This document shows, in pieces, positions 30,283-39,873 of a stretch of 64,000 nucleotides of DNA. The DNA lies in the NCBI GenBank assembly GCA_965247685.1, contig OZ252021.1:1201-65200 (forward strand), in the 5' to 3' direction. Positions within the stretch are counted from its first letter, which is position 1. Each line of letters begins with the position of its first letter. The notes under the pieces were generated by a model. That model ran no database searches and was not told where the DNA came from. It saw nothing but the letters and a program-made list of their open reading frames with translations. The position numbers and the translations under genes were made by a program. Source of the DNA: Bdellovibrionales bacterium (GTDB lineage: Bacteria > Bdellovibrionota > Bdellovibrionia > Bdellovibrionales > UBA1609).

Positions 30283-31647
30283 TTAGATACGGATAGAAAT
30301 ATCCATAAAAGCTAAATGATCGATTTTGTTCTCATCTGAGGCAGAGATTTCTTTACCTCGCATTGTATATTTAAGCCCCAATGCAACACCATCGCTTAAG
30401 AAATACTTTAGAGCTAAGCGATGCCCTGAATATCCTGTGCCACCAATATCATAATCCACATAGTTGCTGAAGGCGACATCTGTGGGCAATCTAAAGTAAT
30501 GATAACTGGCATTGAATTGCTGGTTTTGTTGATGTCCAAAAACTCCACCAACAACAAATCCTAAAGTTTCTAAGGATGCGCTATTGATATAACCCGATCC
30601 AAAATTTTGAATCAAATTCAAAGATAAAGAAAGAGGAGTGCTTAATTCCACACCTTTGAATCTAAGATTCTTAATGTCCATTCTTACAAGCAGATCCAAT
30701 ACAGAATAATTATATTTGTAACTTTGTTGTTTTGTTTTTGCAGATTCCAATACACTGTTGGTTGTATATGTACTCGAAACAAACATATCTTTTGTAGGCA
30801 TACTATAGTAAACAGCGTTGAAACCAAAATCGTAATCTGTATTCTGCATCAACAAATTTGTAGATAAAGACCACATAAACCTGTTAGACGAATTAATAAG
30901 CTTCTGAGAAGACTCAGAAAGATACTTCTTAGAATCCACTCGCTCAAAACTAGGTAATAAAGCTGCACCATAACCTGTAATCAAAGGACTAATAGCATCT
31001 ACAAAAAATCCAGATAGCTTTACATCTAGATTGTAACGATTTAAAAATTCTCTTTGATAGTGGCCATAAATACCTTCTGGAGAGATATGCTCATCCCATA
31101 GGATACTGTAGTTTTTTTTATCGTACAAAGGAGAAGTTGAAAACTTCCCGACATTCAACATAAATCTGTCGTTAAAGGCATAAGATGCAGATACCCCTTG
31201 GAGCCATATTGGTTTGCCATTAACTCCCCCAATGAAGCTTTTCGGATCACTGAAAGAAATACTGCCATATTCTGCAGAATACCAGCCCCCAGAAGCTAAT
31301 TCAACATTCATACTCAGTTTAGAATTCACATGGTAAGATCCTCCTGCTACAAACTTCACTTGAAAAAGAGGAGAGAAGAATTCATCACCATAAATTTGAA
31401 TATAACGAAAGTTCAGATCACTAAAAAACCCTGAAGAGTCACTGTCTAATGAGGAATAAAGATGTTTAGAGGAGGCTAATTCTCTGGATTGTTGGGGTTG
31501 ATAAGCCGTAAGCAAATGAGAATTGAATTTTTTAGAGCCTGAATCTGAATAAGCCAACAACAGATTGGAATCTAAAATTGCTGATCCGTTTTTGGCAGAA
31601 GCCCAAACAGATCCCAATAAAAACAAAATAGATACGAACAATTTCAT
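30283..31647 (-). CDS. Putative outer-membrane beta-barrel / porin-like protein at the head of the Glt-like block
   Basis: Signal peptide MKLFVSILFLLGSVWASA, Tyr/Ser/Asn/Gly-rich alternating strands, 454 aa. The family is not recognised. A GltH/NfsH-like role is only a guess. Confidence 0.55.
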   Translation of the reverse strand: MKLFVSILFLLGSVWASAKNGSAILDSNLLLAYSDSGSKKFNSHLLTAYQPQQSRELASSKHLYSSLDSDSSGFFSDLNFRYIQIYGDEFFSPLFQVKFVAGGSYHVNSKLSMNVELASGGWYSAEYGSISFSDPKSFIGGVNGKPIWLQGVSASYAFNDRFMLNVGKFSTSPLYDKKNYSILWDEHISPEGIYGHYQREFLNRYNLDVKLSGFFVDAISPLITGYGAALLPSFERVDSKKYLSESSQKLINSSNRFMWSLSTNLLMQNTDYDFGFNAVYYSMPTKDMFVSSTYTTNSVLESAKTKQQSYKYNYSVLDLLVRMDIKNLRFKGVELSTPLSLSLNLIQNFGSGYINSASLETLGFVVGGVFGHQQNQQFNASYHYFRLPTDVAFSNYVDYDIGGTGYSGHRLALKYFLSDGVALGLKYTMRGKEISASDENKIDHLAFMDISIRI

Positions 31648-31676
31648 AATAACTTTTCCTCAAAGTTTGTTTAAAA

Positions 31677-31706
31677 ACCCAAGTCTTACATACCCAAGTC
31701 TTACAT
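31677..31706. repeat. Perfect 15-bp tandem direct repeat (ACCCAAGTCTTACAT x2)
   Basis: Read directly: 31677-31691 equals 31692-31706. It lies 30-59 nt upstream of the start codon (31647) of the first gene of the Glt-like block. Confidence 0.95.
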
Positions 31707-31970
31707 AAAGACAAACGGTAAATACCTTGAATAGCTAAGAAAAATATAGCATTGTAGTGTTAAGATTCAGTTAAGAACGCATTAAGTTTCTGTTAAACCC
31801 CTCAAAACCACGCAAAAAGTCTTCTGTCTAGAATGGAGTGTATAAAGAATTGATGTATTATATACAACGCATTATAAGTAAATACAACGAGCTTCTTATT
31901 TACAAAGAGCCTCTTATTTATTAATACAGTCTCTGATTAAAATTATCTGGTTTGAAGGAGAAACAGAAAA

Positions 31971-34073
31971 ATGACCAAAAAAAATATCGAAAATATTAGG
32001 AATATTGGAATTTCAGCGCATATTGATTCTGGAAAAACTACCCTGACAGAACGTATCTTATTTTATACTGGTCGTATTCATGCCATTCATGATGTGAAAG
32101 GTAAAGATGGAGTCGGTGCAAAGATGGATTCCATGGAATTAGAAAGAGAAAGAGGCATCACCATTAAATCTGCAGCAACTTCTGTGAAATGGAAAGAGGG
32201 TGATATCAACATTATCGACACTCCCGGACATGTGGACTTTACTATCGAAGTTGAAAGAGCTCTTCGAGTGCTGGATGGCGCCATACTAGTGCTTTGTGGT
32301 GTTGCGGGTGTGCAATCTCAATCGATCACTGTAGATCGTCAGATGAAACGTTATAAAGTTCCCCGTATTGCTTTCATTAATAAATTAGACCGTGCAGGCG
32401 CTAATCCATTTCGTGTCACAGATATGCTGAGAGATAAACTTCGGCACAATGCTATAATGATGCAAATTCCTATCGGAATAGAAGATCAACTAGAAGGAGT
32501 TGTCGATCTCATTCAACAAAAGGCTATTTACTTCAAAGGAGACCAAGGAGAAAAAGTGGAATATGCAAATATTCCAGAAAATCTTAAGGAAGATAGCTTG
32601 AAATACAGAAATGAAATGATCGAAAAGCTTGCAGATTTTGACGATGAACTCGCAGAAAAATTTCTTAACGAAGAAGAAATTTCTGAAGAATTAATTCATA
32701 AGGTGATCCGTCAAGCTTGTTTGGATCTTAAAATTACACCTGTGTTTATGGGTTCAGCTTTTAAAAATAAAGGAGTGCAAACCTGCTTGGATGCCGTTTT
32801 CCGCTACCTCCCTAATCCTACTGAAGTAGAAAATGAATCCTTAGATATGAATGACAACGAAAAAATCGTTCCTATCGCCGTCGATCCAGAAAAACCGTTT
32901 ATTGGTTTGGCTTTTAAATTGGAAGATGGACGATTTGGTCAACTGACTTACATGAGGATTTACCAAGGTAAAGTTCAAAAAGGAGAATTTATTACTAACA
33001 GCAGAACACAAAAAAAAGTGAAAGTGCCTCGTTTGGTTTATATGCATGCTGATGATATGGAAGACATTGAAGAAGCATTTGCGGGTGATATTGTTGCTTT
33101 CTTTGGAGTCGACTGTGCTTCTGGAGATACATTCTGCGACGGCACTATTCGCCATACTATGACTTCCATGTTTGTTCCAGAACCTGTGATGTCCTTAGCT
33201 GTTTCTCCTAAAGAAAGATCCCACGGTGGTAAATTTAGTAAAGCTCTACAAAAATTTAGAAAAGAAGACCCTACATTTTTTATTCATCGAGATGAGGAGT
33301 CTGCGGAAACCATTATCTCTGGTATGGGGGAACTGCACTTGAATATCTATATTGAAAGAATGAAAAGAGAATTTTCCTGTGATGTGATCACAGGCCAACC
33401 TCAAGTAGCCTATAGAGAAACGATTTCTAAATCAGTGGACTTTGATTATACTCACAAAAAACAAACAGGTGGCGCCGGACAATTTGCAAAAGTGGTTGGA
33501 CAACTTGAACCTTTAGATCAAGACGACTCTACACAATATGATTTTGTGAATAAAATTACAGGAGGTCGTATTCCTAAGGAGTACATTCCTGCGGTGAATA
33601 AAGGTTTTCAAGAGCAAATGAAAAAAGGGCCTCTTGTGGGATTTCCTATCGTAGGAGTTAAGGCGACATTGTCCGATGGATCTTACCATGATGTCGACTC
33701 CTCAGAACTGGCTTTTAAAATCTGTGCGATGGCTGCTTTTAGAGAAGCTTATTTGAGAGCAAAGCCCACGGCACTAGAACCTATTATGAAGTTGGAGGTT
33801 TCTTGTCCTGAAGAATTTCAGGGAAATGTGATTGGTAATATCAATCAAAGACGAGGTGTCATCAAAGGGACTCACTCTACAGAATCTTTTACGACTATCG
33901 AGGCGGAAGCCCCCCTTTCCGAAATGTTTAACTACTCCACAGAACTTCGATCTTCGACTCAAGGTAAAGGTGAATTTACAATGGAGTTTTCACATTACAG
34001 TCAAATGCCTCAAAACCTGCAAGAACAACTTTCAAAAGAGTATCAAGAAAGTAAAAAAGAAAAGGAATCATGA
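31971..34073 (+). CDS. fusA: Elongation factor G, mitochondrial-EFG1-like (spd-type EF-G1) subfamily
   Basis: [53 protein letters not shown] carries the [16 protein letters not shown] signature I recall from human GFM1, not the canonical GAATMDWMEQEQERGITI. GAAGGAG ribosome-binding site. It is not in a str operon context. Confidence 0.9.
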   Translation: MTKKNIENIRNIGISAHIDSGKTTLTERILFYTGRIHAIHDVKGKDGVGAKMDSMELERERGITIKSAATSVKWKEGDINIIDTPGHVDFTIEVERALRVLDGAILVLCGVAGVQSQSITVDRQMKRYKVPRIAFINKLDRAGANPFRVTDMLRDKLRHNAIMMQIPIGIEDQLEGVVDLIQQKAIYFKGDQGEKVEYANIPENLKEDSLKYRNEMIEKLADFDDELAEKFLNEEEISEELIHKVIRQACLDLKITPVFMGSAFKNKGVQTCLDAVFRYLPNPTEVENESLDMNDNEKIVPIAVDPEKPFIGLAFKLEDGRFGQLTYMRIYQGKVQKGEFITNSRTQKKVKVPRLVYMHADDMEDIEEAFAGDIVAFFGVDCASGDTFCDGTIRHTMTSMFVPEPVMSLAVSPKERSHGGKFSKALQKFRKEDPTFFIHRDEESAETIISGMGELHLNIYIERMKREFSCDVITGQPQVAYRETISKSVDFDYTHKKQTGGAGQFAKVVGQLEPLDQDDSTQYDFVNKITGGRIPKEYIPAVNKGFQEQMKKGPLVGFPIVGVKATLSDGSYHDVDSSELAFKICAMAAFREAYLRAKPTALEPIMKLEVSCPEEFQGNVIGNINQRRGVIKGTHSTESFTTIEAEAPLSEMFNYSTELRSSTQGKGEFTMEFSHYSQMPQNLQEQLSKEYQESKKEKES

Positions 34074-34612
34074 TTTTATCTGATCGATCCATTCAGTCTC
34101 TGCTCACAGCAAAGAAGTTAGAAATTACTCCTTTGTATGCCGGTGCTATTCAATCCGCCTCTATCGATTTGCGTTTAGGATCGGAGTTTGCTATTTTGAA
34201 ATACTGGTCAAAGATGGAAATTTTAAGTTTTCAATCTGAACCGGAGTACTTTAAAGTTCCTGCAGAAGAGTTTGTCATTCCCCCTCATTCATTTATTTTA
34301 GGGACAACAGTAGAAACTATTAAACTACCCAAAAATATTACAGCTTTTATAGAAGGTCGCAGTTCTGTGGGTCGTATGGGACTTTTTATTCAAAATGCAG
34401 GATGGGTCGCTCCCGGATTTGAAGGGCAAATCACATTAGAGCTTTTTAACGCTAATACCATGCCTATTCGAGTAAAAGCGAACCACAGAATTTGTCAAAT
34501 TGTGCTTTGTGAAATGGATCAAGCGCCCTTAAAGGCCTATCAAGGCAAATATCAAAATCAAAAAGGGGTTGAAGGAAGCAAAATTCACCAAGATGTGGAA
34601 AACCAAAAATAA
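34070..34612 (+). CDS. dcd: dCTP deaminase
   Basis: MILSDRSI N-terminus, [26 protein letters not shown], 180 aa. ATGA overlap with the EF-G gene. Confidence 0.9.
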   Translation: MILSDRSIQSLLTAKKLEITPLYAGAIQSASIDLRLGSEFAILKYWSKMEILSFQSEPEYFKVPAEEFVIPPHSFILGTTVETIKLPKNITAFIEGRSSVGRMGLFIQNAGWVAPGFEGQITLELFNANTMPIRVKANHRICQIVLCEMDQAPLKAYQGKYQNQKGVEGSKIHQDVENQK

Positions 34613-34703
34613 ATGACTAGTCGAAAGCTTATTTTATTGCTAGAATGAGGTCTGTTATGTCTGAAGATTCATCGATAATCTTAGCGGAGTTGCACAGAAA
34701 CGG

Positions 34704-35762
34704 ATGACCGCTCTGCTCTTTTATTTCATTTTTTGTGTGACTATTTCTTTCTTTTGCTCTCTTCTTGAAGCCTGCTTTTTATCTATCACAGGAGTTTATG
34801 TTCAAACTCATTGTAAGAAAGGTAAAAACTTTGCCTTTATAATGAGGCAATTCAAAGCCAATATGCATCGCCCGCTCAGTGCTATACTTGCGATCAACAC
34901 CATTGCAAATACAGTAGGAGCCGCAGGTGTAGGAGCTCAAGTTCATGTACTTTATGGAAGCGCTTATGTGGCTGTCGCTTCCGGAATTCTCACCTTTATT
35001 ATTTTGATTTTTTCAGAAATTATTCCTAAAAATTTAGGTGCAGCCCATTGGAGAAGTCTCGCTCCTTTTTGTACTTATGCTATTAAAGTCTTAATCTACA
35101 TCACATCTCCTTTTGTTTGGATGTCTGAAAAAATTAGTCGAATTCTTTCTAAAAAAGTTACGGCATCTCTTACAAAAGAAGAAATGCTGGCCACTGTTGA
35201 GATGGCGGCCTCTACAGGTGTTATCACCCAAAAAGAGAGTTATATTATGACTAATCTTCTTTCACTCAGCACTATTAAAGTTTCTGAGATTATGACTCCT
35301 CGATCGGTCATCTTTACCTTAGATCGTAATATGACTATCGATGAAGTTCTTCGAAAACATAAAAATATTAATTTCTCTCGTATTCCTGTTTTTAATAACA
35401 ACATGGATTCTATAGAAGGTATTGTTCATCGATATAAAATTTTTGAAGCTCAATCTCTTGGACTTTCGAGTATGAGACTGTCCGAATATCAAGTTCCTAT
35501 TCATGTGATTCCTGAGCATATTTCTGTAGCAGCCACTATGGATCAATTGATTAAAAGAAAGGAGCATATCTTTTTAGTTGTGGATGAATATGGCATGGCT
35601 GTCGGTTTGGTGACTTTAGAAGATGCTGTAGAAACTATTTTAGGTGTTGAAATTGTAGATGAATTAGACTCTGTGGAAGATCTCAGAAAGCTTGCTATAG
35701 AAAAATGGCAGAAAAGAAAACAAATTCTCGATGAAAAAGCTGAAAAATCCAACTCCAAATAA
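34704..35762 (+). CDS. CNNM/DUF21 transmembrane domain plus CBS-pair protein (putative divalent-cation transporter), without a CorC_HlyC tail
   Basis: Four N-terminal TM helices, SEIIPKNLG, then a CBS pair (VSEIMTPRS..., FLVVDEYGMAVGLVTLEDAVE). The protein ends about 50 aa after the CBS pair. Confidence 0.8.
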   Translation: MTALLFYFIFCVTISFFCSLLEACFLSITGVYVQTHCKKGKNFAFIMRQFKANMHRPLSAILAINTIANTVGAAGVGAQVHVLYGSAYVAVASGILTFIILIFSEIIPKNLGAAHWRSLAPFCTYAIKVLIYITSPFVWMSEKISRILSKKVTASLTKEEMLATVEMAASTGVITQKESYIMTNLLSLSTIKVSEIMTPRSVIFTLDRNMTIDEVLRKHKNINFSRIPVFNNNMDSIEGIVHRYKIFEAQSLGLSSMRLSEYQVPIHVIPEHISVAATMDQLIKRKEHIFLVVDEYGMAVGLVTLEDAVETILGVEIVDELDSVEDLRKLAIEKWQKRKQILDEKAEKSNSK

Positions 35763-35768
35763 AAAAGA

Positions 35769-37763
35769 TTAATCACGATAAGAAAGATCCAGCAACTCGT
35801 ACCTTTTCACTTGATCTCTTAAGCGGACAGCCTCTTCAAAATCTAGGCGATCAGATGCTTCCTTCATTTTTTTCTTTAAAATTTCAATCTCCTTTAAAAG
35901 ATTTTTATCCTTGATGGTTTTATAAATGTTTTTCTCCGAATCCTTCTTGTTTTTATGGAAACCATAAATCTCCATAAGTTCTCTAGGAATCGACTTAGTC
36001 ACACTTCGAGGTTTTATTTTATGCTTTTTATTATATTCTTTTTGAATTTCTCTTCTCCTTTGAGTTTCTGAAATTGCTTTATTCATAGAAGCTGTGACTT
36101 GATTAGCATAAAGTATCACAAACCCTTCAACATTTCGGGCTGCACGCCCCATGGTTTGAATTAAGGAACGAGTGGATCTTAAAAATCCCTCTTTGTCTGC
36201 ATCCATAATAGCAACTAGGCCTACTTCCGGTAAATCCAAACCTTCTCGGAGCAAATTAATACCAACTAAAACTTTAAATACCCCTAAGCGTAAATCTTTC
36301 AAAATGGATGTTCGTTCGATCGTTTTTATTTCACTATGCAAGTAACGTGACTCAACACCTAACTTTTGTAGATAAGAAGATAAATCTTCAGCCATTTTTT
36401 TTGTCAAAGTTGTCACCAAAACTCGATAACCCTTTTGAATCTGCCTTTGAACTTCGGCTAAGAGATCATCAACTTGATGAGTCGCAGGCCGCACTTCAAT
36501 TTCAGGATCGAGTAAACCTGTTGGACGAATAATTTGCTCCACAATAGCGTCGCTCCCCTTTTTTAACTCGTATTCTCCCGAAGTTGCAGAAACATAGATC
36601 ACTTTATTTAAAAAATTTTCAAATTCTTGAAAATTCAATGGACGGTTATCTAAAGCAGAAGGAAGTCTAAAACCATGTTCTACTAAAGTAGTTTTTCTTC
36701 TTCGATCTCCAAGGTACATCCCTCCCACCTGTGGAACGGTAATATGACTTTCATCAATGACCATTAAAAAATCTTTTGGAAAATACTCTAATAAAGTGGG
36801 AGGAGCCTCTCCAGGATTTTTCCCTGAGAAGTGTCTGGAATAATTTTCAATTCCAGGGCAAGTTCCCATTTCACGAATCATCTCTAAATCATAAAGGGTT
36901 CTTTTCTTCAATCGATCCATTTCCATTATTTTTTTCTCCGTGCGTAAAATTCTCAAATGAATCTTCAGCTCTTCTTGAATAGTGGATATAGCTATTTGAT
37001 TTTTTCGAGCTGAGGTGGCGTAATGAGACACAGGATAAAAAGAAATTTTAGAACAATCATGTAGAGTGACTCCTGTAATCGGATCAATAGCTGTTATGCG
37101 ATCGATATAATCCCCAAAAAATTCGATGCGATAAGATTTTTGATCTTCATATGGCGGAAAAACATCCACAACATCTCCTCGAACACGAAATACACCACGG
37201 TGGAAGTCCTCATCATTTCTTGTAAATTGAATGGCAATGAGATTTCTTAAAAAATCATCACGATTCAGCTCTTGATTCACAAACAAATGAATGGATAATT
37301 CCTCATAATCATCTGGACTTCCTAAACCATAAATGCAGGAAACACTGCTAACGATAATCACATCTTTACGATTCATAAGAGAGTGAGTGGCAGAATGTCT
37401 CATACGATCGATCTGATCATTAATGGAGGAGTCTTTTTCAATGTAGGTATTGGTTGCAGGTAAATAAGCTTCAGGCTGGTAGTAGTCATAGTAACTCACA
37501 AAATATTCCACAGCATTATTAGGAAAAAGTTCTTTAAATTCAGAAAAAAGCTGAGCCGCTAAAGTTTTATTGGGAGCTAGTACGAGTGTGGGGACACCTA
37601 GTTTTTGAATCATGTGAGCAATAGTGAAAGTTTTTCCGGAACCTGTAACACCTAAAAGGACTTGTTGATTTTTATTCTTCTTAAAGTTTTTACATAAAGA
37701 ATCGACAGCTGGACCTTGAGATCCTGAAAGAGAAAAAGAAGTTTTGATTTTAAACTTTTCCAA
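35769..37763 (-). CDS. uvrB: Excinuclease ABC subunit B
   Basis: GVTGSGKTFT, VSYYDYYQPEAY, DESH and the C-terminal UVR domain (LDFEEAVRLRDQV). Confidence 0.97.
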   Translation of the reverse strand: MEKFKIKTSFSLSGSQGPAVDSLCKNFKKNKNQQVLLGVTGSGKTFTIAHMIQKLGVPTLVLAPNKTLAAQLFSEFKELFPNNAVEYFVSYYDYYQPEAYLPATNTYIEKDSSINDQIDRMRHSATHSLMNRKDVIIVSSVSCIYGLGSPDDYEELSIHLFVNQELNRDDFLRNLIAIQFTRNDEDFHRGVFRVRGDVVDVFPPYEDQKSYRIEFFGDYIDRITAIDPITGVTLHDCSKISFYPVSHYATSARKNQIAISTIQEELKIHLRILRTEKKIMEMDRLKKRTLYDLEMIREMGTCPGIENYSRHFSGKNPGEAPPTLLEYFPKDFLMVIDESHITVPQVGGMYLGDRRRKTTLVEHGFRLPSALDNRPLNFQEFENFLNKVIYVSATSGEYELKKGSDAIVEQIIRPTGLLDPEIEVRPATHQVDDLLAEVQRQIQKGYRVLVTTLTKKMAEDLSSYLQKLGVESRYLHSEIKTIERTSILKDLRLGVFKVLVGINLLREGLDLPEVGLVAIMDADKEGFLRSTRSLIQTMGRAARNVEGFVILYANQVTASMNKAISETQRRREIQKEYNKKHKIKPRSVTKSIPRELMEIYGFHKNKKDSEKNIYKTIKDKNLLKEIEILKKKMKEASDRLDFEEAVRLRDQVKRYELLDLSYRD

Positions 37764-37802
37764 TGTTGAAACCTCTTCCTCAATTATTATATTTTAAAAA
37801 AT

Positions 37803-39254
37803 TTACAACTCAAGCAACTGATTCACTCGACTTATCAGCTCTTTTCTTTGAATCAATGAGATTATTTGATTCAATTCAAAACCTTGAGGCCTCCCTACCA
37901 TAGCCGTTCGCAAAGGCATAAACAAGAATTTTCCTTTCACTTTCAATTGATCTTGAATCGTTTTTTTAAACTGTTTAAAGTGATCAGCAGATATATATTC
38001 TCCGCTGGAGCTTTCCAAAAATTCTTTCCAACTCTTGAGAACTCGAGGAGTTGAATCCCATTCATTAATTTTTTTAACGTCTGAATGCAAATCAAAAACT
38101 GCAATGAGGCGAAAAGCTTCCACAGCTTCGTTCAAATTCGAAAAAGAACTTTTTAAAGACTCAAAAGCAAGACTTCTCCATGAATCATTTTCAGGAAGAT
38201 TAAATTCTTGAATCTGAGGTTTAAGTAAAGACCAAAATTGTTCAGCAGCAAGGCAGCGAAGATGTTGAGCATTAATCCATTTCAATTTTTCTTCATCAAA
38301 AACTGCTGCTGATGCATTTAATCTTTCGACAGAAAAGGCATCTATTAATTCTTCAAGAGTAAAAATCTCTTGAGTGTCTGCGGGATTCCACCCCATCAAT
38401 GCTAAAAAATTATTGAGAGCCTGTGGTAGAATTCCTCTTTTTCTATACTCTAAGCAGGATACTGCTCCAGATCGCTTGCTGAGCTTCTTTTTTTGATGAT
38501 CCAAAATGATAGAAAGATGCCCAAAAGCTGGAACAGAAAACTGAAAAGCTTCAAAAATCATAAGTTGTCTCAAAGTGTTGGGCAGGTGTTCTTCAGCTCG
38601 AAAAACATGAGTGATTTTCATTAAGGCATCATCAATCGCACAACAGAAGTTATACACGGGAGCGCCACTAGATCGCACCAATACAAAATCTCCTACCATA
38701 TTGGAAGGAAAAACAACTTCTCCTCTCACTAGATCTTGAATTTTATATTCTTTCACCTCTTGTGGCATTTTAAATCGAATTACAGCCTGCATCCCTTCTT
38801 TTTTTCTTTGAAGTGCTTTTTCCAAGCTCCAGTCTCGATAAGGACTCTGCACTTGAAAGGGCTGACCTTGTATTTTTTTTTGCTGAGCGATTTCTTCATC
38901 AGTTAAAAAGCAATAGTAAGCCCGTCCATCTTCTAAAAGTTTTTGAGCATACTCTTGATAGATAGCTTTTCTTTGGCTTTGCCGATAAGGCCTCAATTCT
39001 CCAGTCTCCGCAGAAAGAGAAAGGTTCACTCCTTCATCCCAATTCAAACCCAGCCAATCCAAAGATTGCAAAAGCTCTAAACAAAATCTTTCCTGATTTC
39101 TTTGCTCATCTGTATCTTCAATACGAAGAATAAATTTGCCATTATATTTTTTTGCAAACAGATAATTAAACAACGCCGTTCTCGCCCCTCCTACATGAAG
39201 AAATCCTGTAGGACTAGGAGCAAAACGCACCCTAACATTAGATATCGTGCTCAT
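37803..39254 (-). CDS. gltX: Glutamyl-tRNA synthetase
   Basis: RVRFAPSPTGFLHVGGARTALFNYLFA (HIGH region) and KLSKRSG (KMSKS). Confidence 0.95.
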   Translation of the reverse strand: MSTISNVRVRFAPSPTGFLHVGGARTALFNYLFAKKYNGKFILRIEDTDEQRNQERFCLELLQSLDWLGLNWDEGVNLSLSAETGELRPYRQSQRKAIYQEYAQKLLEDGRAYYCFLTDEEIAQQKKIQGQPFQVQSPYRDWSLEKALQRKKEGMQAVIRFKMPQEVKEYKIQDLVRGEVVFPSNMVGDFVLVRSSGAPVYNFCCAIDDALMKITHVFRAEEHLPNTLRQLMIFEAFQFSVPAFGHLSIILDHQKKKLSKRSGAVSCLEYRKRGILPQALNNFLALMGWNPADTQEIFTLEELIDAFSVERLNASAAVFDEEKLKWINAQHLRCLAAEQFWSLLKPQIQEFNLPENDSWRSLAFESLKSSFSNLNEAVEAFRLIAVFDLHSDVKKINEWDSTPRVLKSWKEFLESSSGEYISADHFKQFKKTIQDQLKVKGKFLFMPLRTAMVGRPQGFELNQIISLIQRKELISRVNQLLEL

Positions 39255-39272
39255 AAAAGTATCATGAATATC

Positions 39273-39776
39273 TTACTGAGGAAAAACAATCTGTGAAGCA
39301 TCTTTCAGAAAAACTTTCCCGTCTTCACCTTCCATGACTAGAGTCACTTCTTTTGAAAGTAGATTCCAAGCCTGCTCCATAATTTGTTTTTCTCCAAAAC
39401 TAAGATTCTTTTTTTTCTGTAAAAGCGACAAATCTTTTAAAACATGAGCCACTTCAACAAGAGAGCCTGTCTTAAGTTTTTTAGAATACTCTTGAAGTTT
39501 CTTGTTCCAGTTTCTCAAGTTTTTGACAGTCATTTCAGTATCTTGTAAAACATTCATCACTTCATCAATTTTTTTACGATCTGCTAAAGGACGAAGACCA
39601 CCCTTTTCCCCTGTTCTATTTTTAGGCACTAAAATATCTGTTTCTAAATCTTGGATGCGAACAGAGTAGAAAACTTCCTTATTTCCAAAAATTTCTCTTG
39701 TTTCGATAGCTGTGACTACTCCCACACCATATCCACCATAAACCGCAGAATCACCTATTTTAAAAGCTAATGACAT
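39273..39776 (-). CDS. CarD/CdnL-family RNA-polymerase-binding transcription factor
   Basis: FKIGDSAVYGGYGVGVVTAIETREIFGNKEVFYSVRI is a CarD_CdnL_TRCF N-terminal domain. I placed the start at ATG 39776, preceded by AAGGAGG. The track's 31-aa N-terminal extension is unsupported. Confidence 0.85.
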   Translation of the reverse strand: MSLAFKIGDSAVYGGYGVGVVTAIETREIFGNKEVFYSVRIQDLETDILVPKNRTGEKGGLRPLADRKKIDEVMNVLQDTEMTVKNLRNWNKKLQEYSKKLKTGSLVEVAHVLKDLSLLQKKKNLSFGEKQIMEQAWNLLSKEVTLVMEGEDGKVFLKDASQIVFPQ

Positions 39777-39873
39777 AAGTCCTCCTTTTGATTTAGGATG
39801 TATACCAAACTTTCTGATTAAGTTCAAAAACAAAGATGAAAAAATTACAACCCTATAAAAAATATACACATAT

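Noticed and set aside
31532-31714. 60-aa ORF beginning MSLCKTWVCKTWV.
   Set aside because: The repeated CKTWV is simply the translation of the 15-bp tandem DNA repeat. The ORF then runs out of frame across the start of the 454-aa barrel gene. It is not a gene.
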